This document shows, one piece after another, positions 17,774 through 26,728 of a stretch of 64,000 bases of DNA; position 1 is the first letter of the stretch; every line of letters begins with the position of its first letter. Where the stretch lies: positions 142,257 to 206,256 of the forward strand of contig CAVWOM010000012.1 of the NCBI GenBank assembly GCA_963756575.1, read 5' to 3'. The position numbers were made by a program, and so were the translations under genes. This DNA comes from an uncultured Actinomycetota bacterium (lineage in GTDB: Bacteria; Actinomycetota; Actinomycetes; Streptosporangiales; Streptosporangiaceae). Under the pieces are notes generated by a model. It made no database searches. It had not been told where the DNA came from and worked only from the letters and a program-made list of their open reading frames with translations.

Positions 17774-19096
17774 TCAGCCCCGGTGGATGGTCAGCCCGAG
17801 CGCGGCGAACTGGTCGAAGGGCCGGTGGTAGCCACGCTCGATGTGGTGGATGCCGCGCAGCACGGACGGGCGGTCGGCCACCGCGGCGGCCAGCACGGCG
17901 GAGAAGCCGGCCCGTACGTCGGGCAGCGTGACGTCGGCCCCGACCAGCTTGGACACGCCCCTGATGACCGCCGAGTGCACCGCGTTGGTGTCGTGGAAGC
18001 GGCAGGCCTCCCCGCCCAGGCAGGCCGCGAACGTCTCGATCTCGCAGCCCATCTTCTGCAGCGCGGGCACGTACACCAGCCGGTTCTCGAACACCGTCTC
18101 GTGCAGCACGGACATCCCCTCGGCCTGGGTGAACAGCACCATCAGGGGCTGCTGCCAGTCGGTCATGAAGCCGGGGTGGGTGTCGGTGTGGACGGCGGCC
18201 GCGCGCAGCCCGGCCGGGGCCGAAGCGGTGATCCACTCGTCGGTGATGTCGATCTGCGCGCCCATCTTGGCCAGCGTGGTGATCGCGGTGACCAGCCGGT
18301 CCTGCGGGCAGCCGTGCACCCGGACCTCGCCCCGGGTGATCAGCCCGGCCGCCAGGTAGGAGAACGCCTCGAGCCGGTCACCGGCCAGCCACCGGGAGGC
18401 GCCGCGCAGCCGGGGCACGCCCTCGATCACGATCCGGCGGTCCGGGCTGAGCTCGATCTGCGCGCCCATCCGCTGCAGGAACAGGGCCAGCTCGACCACC
18501 TCGGGTTCGGTCGCCGCGTTGCGCAGCACCGTCTTGCCCTCGGCCCGCACCGCGGACAGCAGCACGGTCTCGGTCGCGCCCACGCTCGGGTAGGGCAGGT
18601 CGATCCGGGCGCCGTGCAGACGAGCTCCGCGCCGGCCCGGCGCGCGGGCGGTGATCCCGTCCGGCCCCGCCTCGATCTCGGCCCCCAGGGCCCGCAGCGC
18701 GGACACGTGGAAGTCGACCGGCCGCCGCCCGATCGGGTCCCCGCCCACCAGCGGGACGAACGCCTCCCCGGTCCGGTGCAGCAGCGGCCCGAGCATCAGG
18801 ATCGGGATCCGGTTCAGCCCGGTGAACGCGGCCGGTACCCGTGATTCCAGCTTCCCGTTCGGCGCGATGGTGATCTCGCCGCCGTCCCGGGCGACACCGA
18901 AGCCGACCGCCTCCAGCATCGCGGCCGTGATGTCGACGTCGCCGACCTCCGGCGCGTTCCTGATGGTGCTCGGCCCGTCCCCGAGCATGGCCGCGACCAT
19001 GTGCTTGGTCACCGCGTTCTTCGACCCGCGCACCGTGATGTCCCCGCGCAGCGGTCCCGACGGTTCCACCTGCCATGTTTCCGTCACGCCGACCAC
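17774..19096 (-). CDS. murA: UDP-N-acetylglucosamine 1-carboxyvinyltransferase MurA
   Basis: RGDITVRGSKNA...active-site Cys region and full EPT fold length. Start uncertain: GTG candidates near 19087-19096, ATG 19135. Confidence 0.8.
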   Translation of the reverse strand: MVGVTETWQVEPSGPLRGDITVRGSKNAVTKHMVAAMLGDGPSTIRNAPEVGDVDITAAMLEAVGFGVARDGGEITIAPNGKLESRVPAAFTGLNRIPILMLGPLLHRTGEAFVPLVGGDPIGRRPVDFHVSALRALGAEIEAGPDGITARAPGRRGARLHGARIDLPYPSVGATETVLLSAVRAEGKTVLRNAATEPEVVELALFLQRMGAQIELSPDRRIVIEGVPRLRGASRWLAGDRLEAFSYLAAGLITRGEVRVHGCPQDRLVTAITTLAKMGAQIDITDEWITASAPAGLRAAAVHTDTHPGFMTDWQQPLMVLFTQAEGMSVLHETVFENRLVYVPALQKMGCEIETFAACLGGEACRFHDTNAVHSAVIRGVSKLVGADVTLPDVRAGFSAVLAAAVADRPSVLRGIHHIERGYHRPFDQFAALGLTIHRG

Positions 19097-19271
19097 TGTA
19101 GGCGTTACCCCGAGCGGAGGCGGCTGAAGTAACATCGGGAGGACTCGGGGTACACGCCGCATTCCGGTGCGCTACCTTGGTTCGGCCTAGCGGGGAGCTA
19201 GGCGCCACGGCCTGGCCCGGGGGCTCCCACGGCGCGCGGCCTGACCAGTTGAGATTGCCTAAGGAGACTTC

Positions 19272-19715
19272 ATGGATTCGCTTCAGCAGATCCTGCTCAC
19301 CCCGGAGAACCAGCCGCACGTCATCGACGATTGCGTCCAGCTGATCGACCAGGAGATGGCCACCAAGGGCGGCGTCTCCGGCACCGCGGTCAAGCTCGCC
19401 TACAAGACCGCCAACACGTTCGCCTCCGGCTACGTGCGCGGCATGGTGGAGACCCTGGCCCCGGAGATGATCGTCAAGCTGCAGCCGTTCTGGGACGACT
19501 TCTCCGCCTCCGGGGCCGGTGACTTCGGCGACTACCTGGTCAAGCACGGCGAGGAGGCGTCCGAGGCCCTGCTGTCGGTGACGGACGCGCACGCCGAGAT
19601 CTCCACCCGGCCGACCATCCAGAAGGCCTACCGCGCCGTCCGCGGCGGTGCGTCCAAGCACGTCACGATGGCGCTGCCGGCCCTCGGCGCGCTCGTGCAG
19701 AAGTACGCCGGCTGA
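19272..19715 (+). CDS. Conserved hypothetical protein (147 aa)
   Basis: Good SD (AAGGAGA) 6 nt upstream of the ATG. High GC3. No recognisable domain. Confidence 0.55.
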   Translation: MDSLQQILLTPENQPHVIDDCVQLIDQEMATKGGVSGTAVKLAYKTANTFASGYVRGMVETLAPEMIVKLQPFWDDFSASGAGDFGDYLVKHGEEASEALLSVTDAHAEISTRPTIQKAYRAVRGGASKHVTMALPALGALVQKYAG

Positions 19716-19716
19716 C

Positions 19717-20661
19717 CTACCTGACCGGTACGTCGTCGACCGGGTCGCAGGCCGCTTCCGCCAGCGCGGGAGCGGCCTCCGCGTTTTCCTCCGCCCGTCG
19801 CCGGGCCCGCAGCCGGACCAGGCCATAAGCCGCGCCGACGACCAGGATGGCGCCCATGACGAAGCCCAGCGGGTAGGTGGGCACGCCCACGTACTTCAGC
19901 CCGGACGCGAAGATCACGAAGGTGATGGCGGGCCGGATGTAGGAATCCGGCGCCCGGGACGACAGCAGCGAGCCGGCCAGCACGGCGGGCACGCTGCCGA
20001 CGATGATCGAGGCGGTCACGCCGAACTCCACGTGCCCGAACGTCAGCGCGCCCAGCGCCGCCGCCGCGGTCAGCGGCACCGCCTGGGTCAGGTCGGTCCC
20101 GACCAGCTGGCCGGCGCTGAGCACCGGGTACGTGAACAGCAGCAAGATGATCATCAGGGAACCCGAGCCGACCGACGTGATGCCGACGATCAGCCCGCCC
20201 GCCATGCCGATCAGCACGGTCGGGACCGGCCGCAGGGTGATCTCCCTGACCGCGCCGGTGCGCTTGTTGCCCGACCGCCGGTCCAGGATGTGACGCAGCA
20301 CCATCGCGGCCGCTCCCACCAGCAGGGCGGCGCCCAGCGCGATCTCCACGTTGGCCTGGTCGGCGGAGCTGTCGCCCATCTCGCGGAGCAGGAACGAGCC
20401 GAGGAACGCCATCGGCACCGACCCGAGCGTCATCAGCCCCACCAGGCGCAGGTTCACCGTGCCCTTGTGCAGGTGAACGGCGGCCCCGACCGGCCGCATC
20501 ACCACCGCGGCGACCAGGTCGCTGGAGATGGCGGCGGCTGGCTTGACCGAGAACAGCAAGATGAGCATCGGCGTCATCAGCGCGCCGCCGCCGGCGCCGG
20601 TCAGCCCGACCAGCAGCCCGACCACCGCGCTGCCGAGGACGACGTAGAGGCTGAGGCCCAT
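19717..20661 (-). CDS. Sulfite exporter TauE/SafE family (TSUP) membrane protein
   Basis: 314 aa, eight hydrophobic helices, duplicated GxGGG-type motifs (VGLTGAGGGAL...). Confidence 0.8.
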   Translation of the reverse strand: MGLSLYVVLGSAVVGLLVGLTGAGGGALMTPMLILLFSVKPAAAISSDLVAAVVMRPVGAAVHLHKGTVNLRLVGLMTLGSVPMAFLGSFLLREMGDSSADQANVEIALGAALLVGAAAMVLRHILDRRSGNKRTGAVREITLRPVPTVLIGMAGGLIVGITSVGSGSLMIILLLFTYPVLSAGQLVGTDLTQAVPLTAAAALGALTFGHVEFGVTASIIVGSVPAVLAGSLLSSRAPDSYIRPAITFVIFASGLKYVGVPTYPLGFVMGAILVVGAAYGLVRLRARRRAEENAEAAPALAEAACDPVDDVPVR

Positions 20662-20681
20662 CCGTGCTCCTTCCGCCTACA

Positions 20682-20721
20682 TTTCCGACAACGTTAATTT
20701 ACAACTAGGCATTGTCGGAAA
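20682..20721. promoter_or_regulatory. Perfect 10-bp inverted repeat TTTCCGACAA-N20-TTGTCGGAAA in the tauE/ligD divergent promoter region
   Basis: Direct reading. AT-richer than its surroundings. Candidate operator. Confidence 0.35.
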
Positions 20722-20811
20722 CACCTGTAACGAACCCACGATCAAACCCATAGCGCCAAACGGGGCGGCGTACCCGTTCCCGGCCAGCTCAACGCGGGTA
20801 GTGAACCTGGC

Positions 20812-22257
20812 GTGGACGCGGACAAGCTGCGGGAGTACCGGGACAAGCGCGACCCGGCCCGGACACCCGAGCCGGTCCCCGCCCCGCTCCCGCCTCCCGG
20901 GGCACTGTCAGCGGAGGGGACCGCGGACGGCGGGACGTTCGTCATCCAGGAACATCACGCCCGGCGGCTGCACTACGACGTCCGGCTGGAGCGCGACGGG
21001 GTGCTGGTGTCGTGGGCGGTGCCCAAGGGCGTGCCGGACGACCCGGCCGTCAACCACCTGGCCGTGCACACCGAGGACCACCCGCTGGAGTACGGGAGCT
21101 TCGAGGGGGAGATCCCGCGCGGGCAGTACGGGGCGGGCTCCATGACGATCTGGGATCACGGCCGGTACGAGACGCTGAAGTGGGCGAAGAACGAGGTCAA
21201 GATCAGGCTGTACGGGCAACGGGTTTCGGGGGGTTACACGTTGTTCCAGACCGGGGGGAAGCAGTGGATGATGCACCGGGAGCGCCAGCCGCTCCCGCCG
21301 GGGCTGCGGCCGATGCTGGCCCTGCTGACGACGGCGCCGCCGCCGGACGACGGGAACTGGGCGCTGGAGATGAAGTGGGACGGCGTCCGCGCGCTGGCCT
21401 TCGTCGAGCGCGGCCAGGTCCGGCTGATGTCGCGGACCGAGCGGGACATCACCGTCACGTACCCCGAGCTGGCGGGCCTGGGCCGCGCCACCGATCACAA
21501 GCAGCTGGTCCTGGACGGTGAGATCGTGGTGTTCGGGCCGGGCGGCTGGCCGGAGTTCGAGGCGCTGCAGCCGCGGATGCACGTCAGCGACGCCGGCCAG
21601 GCCCGGCTGCTGGCCGTCCAGAATCCGGTCACCTACCTGATCTTCGACCTGCTGCAGCTGGACGGCAGGCCGCTGCTCGACCAGCCGTACTCGGCCCGGC
21701 GCGCGCTGCTCGAATCGCTGGAGCTGGCCGGGGCCGCCTGGCAGACCCCGCCCACGTTCCCCGGCGAGGACTTCGCCGCCGTGCAGGCCGTCTCGGCCGA
21801 GCACGGCATGGAGGGCGTGGTCGCCAAGCGGCTGGACTCGAGGTACCAGCCCGGGTCCCGGACCAGCGACTGGCGCAAGATCAAGAACCACCTGAGCCAG
21901 GAGGCGGTGGTGGCCGGCTACAAGCCGGGTCAGGGCAACCGCGCTGGGCTGGTCGGCTCGCTGCTCATCGGGGTCAACGACGGCTCCGGGCTGATCTACG
22001 CCGGGCACGTGGGCACCGGGTTCAGCGCCGAGACGCTGCGCATGCTGAGCGGACGGCTGCAACCGCTGCGCCGTTCGTCATCGCCGTTCGACGGGCCGGT
22101 GCCGCAGATGTATGCCCGCACCGCCGTCTGGGTAGAGCCCCGGCTGGTGATCGAGGTGGCGTTCGACAGGTGGACCCGGGCGGGCCGGATGCGGGCCCCG
22201 GTCTACAAGGGCCTGCGCGACGACATCGACCCCGCGGACGTGGTCCGTGAGCCCTGA
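20812..22257 (+). CDS. ligD: LigD: 3'-phosphoesterase (PE) domain + ATP-dependent DNA ligase domain
   Basis: PE signature HHARRLHYDVRLE. Ligase KxDG motif EMKWDGVRA, plus later ligase motifs. GTG start. Confidence 0.85.
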   Translation: MDADKLREYRDKRDPARTPEPVPAPLPPPGALSAEGTADGGTFVIQEHHARRLHYDVRLERDGVLVSWAVPKGVPDDPAVNHLAVHTEDHPLEYGSFEGEIPRGQYGAGSMTIWDHGRYETLKWAKNEVKIRLYGQRVSGGYTLFQTGGKQWMMHRERQPLPPGLRPMLALLTTAPPPDDGNWALEMKWDGVRALAFVERGQVRLMSRTERDITVTYPELAGLGRATDHKQLVLDGEIVVFGPGGWPEFEALQPRMHVSDAGQARLLAVQNPVTYLIFDLLQLDGRPLLDQPYSARRALLESLELAGAAWQTPPTFPGEDFAAVQAVSAEHGMEGVVAKRLDSRYQPGSRTSDWRKIKNHLSQEAVVAGYKPGQGNRAGLVGSLLIGVNDGSGLIYAGHVGTGFSAETLRMLSGRLQPLRRSSSPFDGPVPQMYARTAVWVEPRLVIEVAFDRWTRAGRMRAPVYKGLRDDIDPADVVREP

Positions 22258-23140
22258 CGCCGCCAAGGTCGCCGTCCAGGTGGACGGGCGGACGCTGACG
22301 CTGACCAACCTGGCCAAGGTGCTGTACCCGGACAGCGGGTTCACCAAGGCCGAGGTGCTCGACTACTACCAGCGGATAGCGCCGGTCCTGCTGCCGCACA
22401 TCGCGGGGCGGCCGCTGACCCTCAAGCGCTACCCCGAGGGCGTGGACGGCGAGGCCTTCTTCCAGAAGCACGTCACCGCGCACCGGCCGGACTGGATCCG
22501 CACCACCGAGGTCGAGTCGGACAGCTCCCGCTCCCGCGGCGCCACCGTGACCTACCTGGTCGTCGACGACCTGCCCGCGCTGATCTGGGCGGCCAACCTG
22601 GCCGGGCTGGAACTGCACGTGCCGATGTGGCGGGTCCCGCACGTGCGCGAGCCGGACCTGCTCGTCTTCGACCTCGACCCGGGCGCCCCCGCCAACGTGG
22701 TGGACTGCTGCCGCGTCGCCGAGGCGCTGCGCCCGCTGCTCGAGGCGGACGGCCTCACCCCGCTGGCCAAGACCTCCGGCGGCAAGGGCCTGCAGCTGTA
22801 CGCCGCCGTCTCCGGCATCACCTCCGAGCAAGCCAGCGACCAGGCCCGCGCTTACGCCGAACGCCTCGAGCGTTCCCACCCCGACCTGGCCCTATCCCGG
22901 ATGACCAGGAAGCTCCGCACCGGCAAGGTCCTCATCGACTGGAGCCAGAACAACGGCTCCAAGACCACCGTCGCCCCCTACTCCCTGCGCGCCCGCCAGT
23001 TCCCCACCGTCTCCACCCCCGTCACCTGGCCCGAAGTCGAATCCTGCCAAAACCCCCAAGACCTCTTCTTCACCGCCGAAGACACCCTGTCCCGCGTAGC
23101 AGACCACGGCGACCTCTTCGCCCCCCTCCTACCCCCCTAA
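22247..23140 (+). CDS. LigD polymerase/primase domain (PolDom) protein; overlaps the upstream ligD by 11 nt (GTGAGCCCTGA)
   Basis: The 297-aa product matches the LigD Pol/PrimPol domain. Translational coupling to the PE-ligase gene. Confidence 0.8.
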   Translation: MSPDAAKVAVQVDGRTLTLTNLAKVLYPDSGFTKAEVLDYYQRIAPVLLPHIAGRPLTLKRYPEGVDGEAFFQKHVTAHRPDWIRTTEVESDSSRSRGATVTYLVVDDLPALIWAANLAGLELHVPMWRVPHVREPDLLVFDLDPGAPANVVDCCRVAEALRPLLEADGLTPLAKTSGGKGLQLYAAVSGITSEQASDQARAYAERLERSHPDLALSRMTRKLRTGKVLIDWSQNNGSKTTVAPYSLRARQFPTVSTPVTWPEVESCQNPQDLFFTAEDTLSRVADHGDLFAPLLPP

Positions 23141-23232
23141 CCCACCCCGCGCCAGGCCCCCCAGCCCCGCGCCAGGACCCGCCCCCCGGCGCCGGGACCC
23201 CGCCCCCCGCGCCGGGACCCCGCCCTCGCGTA
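23141..23232. repeat. C-rich tract with internal direct repeats (ccccgcgccagg(a/c)cc x2; ccccccgcgccgggaccccgcc x2) directly after the polD stop
   Basis: Direct reading. G-run-rich on the minus strand. Analogous to the tract at 5597-5660. Confidence 0.6.
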
Positions 23233-23274
23233 AGGACCCCTGCCATCCCATCCACCTCACCTGCACCACCCCGG

Positions 23275-23330
23275 TCCAATGGTTGTGGCAACCTAATTGA
23301 TAGAGCCATTACGTTGCCACAACCATTGGA
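23275..23330. repeat. Palindromic hairpin element, copy B (18-bp arms TCCAATGGTTGTGGCAAC / GTTGCCACAACCATTGGA, 20-nt loop)
   Basis: Shares the 16-nt core CAATGGTTGTGGCAAC / GTTGCCACAACCATTG with copy A at 5667-5720. Convergent junction between polD (+) and the helicase (-). Confidence 0.8.
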
Positions 23331-23345
23331 TCCTGGGTGCGCCGC

Positions 23346-26114
23346 TCAGCGCCAGAGGGTGCGGATCTGGGTGGTGAGGGCGAACGGGTCGTCGCCGCGC
23401 TGGGCGGCCAGGATGCCGGTGCCCTCGGGCGAGCCTGCGTAGACGACGGCGCCGGGGCCGATCCGGTCGTTCCACGCGCGCTCGAACGCGGTGGCCAGCT
23501 TCTTGTTGCCGCTGAGGGCGGTGGGAACGGCGTGGTAGACCACGGTGGCGGGCACGTGCCCGGTGACCAGGCGGCGCAGGGCCAGCCGGGCGGCCGCGGC
23601 CCGGCCCGGCGGCGGGGCCAGGATGAGCCGCGGGATGACGTAACGCGGCTGGCTCAGCGGGGACAGCACCTCTTCCAGGGCCCCGGCGAACAGGGCCGAC
23701 TCGGCCGCCGGGACCTCCTGCAGGCGGGCCCGGTAGCTGCCGTCGGGCTGCGCCTCGATCCGTACCGCGTCACCGCCCCGGCTGATCAGGCTCGCGACGT
23801 GCAGGGCGTCGGCGGTGGCCGCGGCCAGGTCGTCCAGGCTCCCGCTGGCGGGCGCGGCGGCCAGCCGGGCGGCGGTCCGCGCCACCGCGGCCAGGCCGAC
23901 GAGCGTCAGGAGAGCAGCCCAGCCGATCCAGGCCGGGCGGTCACGGGTGACCGGACGGGACACCCGGGCGGGCAGGCCGAGCGGCCGCCGGGTGGTGATC
24001 GTGACCGTCGCGACCGGCTCGTCGGCGTACGGCGTGCCGATGGCCCAGCGTTCCCGGGCCGCGTCGCGTTCGGCGGCCCGGCCCAGCATGGTGGCGTTCA
24101 GCGCGTCGAACTCCGCCTCCGGCGGCGGAGCGTAGGGGGAGAGCCGCGGGTCGACGTGGGCCACGCCGGAGACGATGTCGCCGGAGGCGGCCAGGGCGAA
24201 GTAGCGGTCGTGCTTGCGGGCGAAGCGGCCGAAGTCGGCCGCCCCCTTGGGATGGTCGCCGGTGACGCAGACCACGCCCCAGTTGTCCGCCACCTTGTCC
24301 GGCCAGTCGTGGTCGCACCGCAGCCCGCGGCCGCGGGCCTGCACCACCGACGTCGGCGTGGTGGCCGCGGTCAGGTCGATCACCACGTTGACAGCCGGGG
24401 CGTCCCAGCCCTCGCCGAGCAGGGCCCGGGTGCCGATGAGGCAGCGGGAGCCGCCTTCGGCGTGGAACCGGGTGACGAGCGGAACGTAACGGCGCGCCTC
24501 CCAGCCCGCCGTCCCGCTGACCTCGGCCAGGTCCTCGTCCCCGGCGCCGCCTCCCGACCCGCCGTCCCAGCTGGTGACGGTCAGGTCCAGGCCCGGCTCG
24601 GCGGCGAGCAGCCAGTCGATCAGGCGTTTGGCGGTGTCCCGGCCGCAGGCCACGCGCCGGCCGGTCAGCAGCACCGGGTCGAGCGCAGCCGCCTGCGGGT
24701 CGGCGAGCAGGGTTTCGAGCACCAGCCGGGTCCCGCCGCTCCCGGCCGGCTGGACATCCGCCAGGTCCGCCGCCAATGGGGTGCTCAGCATCCCGCCGGC
24801 GTCCTCGAAGTCGCACAGCACCAGTGCCCGCAGCCGGGCCCCGAGCGCGCCGGCCTCCGCGGCCAGGATCTGGATCGTGGCCTGGGCCTTGCTCTCCGAC
24901 CGGGCGAGCACCCGGTCGACCGGGGATTCCCCGGCCCGCACGCCCGCCCGGGTCAGCCGGTATCCCACCGCGGGCAGCGCCCGGCGGATGGCGCCGAGGG
25001 CGCGCTCGTCCCGCGGGTCCTCGCTGGCCAGCAGGCAGCGCTGGGCGTAGTCGCCGATGAGCGCCACCCAATCGGCGGCGGTGAGCGGATGCCGGTGCTG
25101 CTCCCGGACACTGGCGCCGTCGGGGAGGTCGAGCAGCCCGGCCACGTGCAGGCGGACGGCCGCGTCGGCCAGGGCGGGCTCGTCCCGTTCGAACCGCGTC
25201 CAGGCCACCTGCGCGCCGCTCGGGTCCCGCCGCTCCACCACCCGGGCCTGCAGCCAGCCCAGGAACGGGACGCTGGCGAACCCGGGGTCGAGCAGCCCGG
25301 TGCGCAGCTCGGCGAACCGCAGGGCCGCGCCGTGAATATAGTCGGCCTCGGCCGGTGACGGACAGGTGAAGAAGGCGAGCTCCTGGTACGGCGCGAGCCT
25401 CCCCTCCCGGACCAGGGCCGGTGCCGAGACCTCGAGGTCCACCCCGCCGAACAACGTCCGGTGCAGCTCCGCCTGCTCCGCGGTCATCAGGTGCGGCGGG
25501 GTCGCGGTGAGCCCGATGACCTGCGGCTCGTCGAGCTGCCCGATCACCGCCTGCAGCAGCCGCCCCCACAGCTCGAGCAGGTGGTGGCACTCGTCGAGCA
25601 CGAGCGTCCACGGCCCTCCGGCTCGCAGCCGGGTGATCAGCTCACGCCCGTTCGGATGGAGCAGGGACAGGACGCCGTCACCAGCCCGCACGTTGGTCCG
25701 GCCAGCGGCCGGCCCGCCGTCTTCGCCGTGGCCGGCCGTGCCCAGCGTGCACAGGGCCTGATAGGTCAGCACGGTCAGCGGGGTGGGCAGCTCCCGGCTG
25801 GCCGTCGCGGGTACCCCGGCGCAGGAGAACGCGGCGTGCCACTGTGCCATCCACTGGGCCTGGATGGCCGTGTTGGGGCAGAGCACCACCGTCGGGCGAC
25901 CCAGCCGCCGCGCCTCCTCCAGCCCGATCAGGGTTTTCCCGCCGCCCGGCGGCACCACCAGGTACGCCGCCCGGCCGGTTTGCTTACGCTCCAGGACCTC
26001 GAGCGCTCTGGCCTGGTGGGGCCACAGCGGACGGGTAAGGCTGACGCCGTCGAACACGTCGGCCACCTGGCCGCGGGACGTCCTCAACCACGCCTCCCCA
26101 AACACCGAGCGCAT
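23346..26114 (-). CDS. SF2 DEAD/DEAH-box (ResIII-like) helicase, 922 aa, with a ~290-aa C-terminal extension containing a hydrophobic segment
   Basis: Walker A VPPGGGKT, DECHH, TATP, helicase-C QARGRGLR. C-terminal WIGWAALLTLVGLAAVARTAARLAA looks like a TM helix. Intact frame. Confidence 0.75.
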   Translation of the reverse strand: MRSVFGEAWLRTSRGQVADVFDGVSLTRPLWPHQARALEVLERKQTGRAAYLVVPPGGGKTLIGLEEARRLGRPTVVLCPNTAIQAQWMAQWHAAFSCAGVPATASRELPTPLTVLTYQALCTLGTAGHGEDGGPAAGRTNVRAGDGVLSLLHPNGRELITRLRAGGPWTLVLDECHHLLELWGRLLQAVIGQLDEPQVIGLTATPPHLMTAEQAELHRTLFGGVDLEVSAPALVREGRLAPYQELAFFTCPSPAEADYIHGAALRFAELRTGLLDPGFASVPFLGWLQARVVERRDPSGAQVAWTRFERDEPALADAAVRLHVAGLLDLPDGASVREQHRHPLTAADWVALIGDYAQRCLLASEDPRDERALGAIRRALPAVGYRLTRAGVRAGESPVDRVLARSESKAQATIQILAAEAGALGARLRALVLCDFEDAGGMLSTPLAADLADVQPAGSGGTRLVLETLLADPQAAALDPVLLTGRRVACGRDTAKRLIDWLLAAEPGLDLTVTSWDGGSGGGAGDEDLAEVSGTAGWEARRYVPLVTRFHAEGGSRCLIGTRALLGEGWDAPAVNVVIDLTAATTPTSVVQARGRGLRCDHDWPDKVADNWGVVCVTGDHPKGAADFGRFARKHDRYFALAASGDIVSGVAHVDPRLSPYAPPPEAEFDALNATMLGRAAERDAARERWAIGTPYADEPVATVTITTRRPLGLPARVSRPVTRDRPAWIGWAALLTLVGLAAVARTAARLAAAPASGSLDDLAAATADALHVASLISRGGDAVRIEAQPDGSYRARLQEVPAAESALFAGALEEVLSPLSQPRYVIPRLILAPPPGRAAAARLALRRLVTGHVPATVVYHAVPTALSGNKKLATAFERAWNDRIGPGAVVYAGSPEGTGILAAQRGDDPFALTTQIRTLWR

Positions 26115-26728
26115 CGTCCGGGCCGGACGGGCGCAGTTACTTTATCGGGCGCCTTATCCAGGCCAACGCCCGGCCGGCAGTGCCGGGGTCGACCGTGTCC
26201 CTCCGAGATCTCCAGCACGAATGACCGGGTCGCCCCGACTGAAGACCCCGCTCCGCTTGTGGCTGCACGCGGAGCGGGGCCCTGTGCTCTAGCCCCTCCG
26301 GCCAAGGAGATGACCAGCGGGTTCAACCGCTGGTGCACGCCATCGACGGGCCTGTCCACAGGGATGTACGTCAGCACCCGCCTTGCGCCAGGTATCTTTG
26401 TGCAAATATGTCTGTCAAGCTGGGTTTAAAGTAATCAACGTTAGCTCGTAATGGTGGCGTCACCGCTTCGGCTAGCGTTGACCACCAGATGCGTGCGAGG
26501 CGATCCCGCGGTACTGAGCTATACTGACGCGGCCAATGCTGACGGCAGGCCGCCCACGACCAGCTCAACATTCCCGGGACTAGACAGGCGGGCTACGGCC
26601 GCCTCAGGATCCCGGCGATCAACCTCGTCACCCGCTACCTGGCCAAGGCGGCATGTGAACTCGGCCTCCGGCAACGTCAGGAAGCACTGCGAAGGCGGGG
26701 TTCCGCCCGTCCCGACCCCGGAGCGCGT

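Noticed and set aside
5597-23330. Mobile element or prophage bounded by the palindromic elements
   Set aside because: There is no integrase, transposase, phage or conjugation genes, no tRNA target, and no direct-repeat target-site duplication. The idea is retained only as a weak boundary hypothesis in the findings.
26084-26377. 97-aa minus-strand ORF immediately upstream of the helicase
   Set aside because: It reads straight through the 11-bp GC hairpin at 26245-26281 and is Arg/Ala/Pro-biased. There is no SD.
26280-26400. Small ORF after a perfect AAGGAG (MTSGFNRWCTPSTGLSTGMYVSTRLAPGIFVQICLSSWV)
   Set aside because: The ATG abuts the SD with zero spacing, and the ORF overlaps antisense junk of the helicase leader. 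It is more likely part of a non-coding leader.
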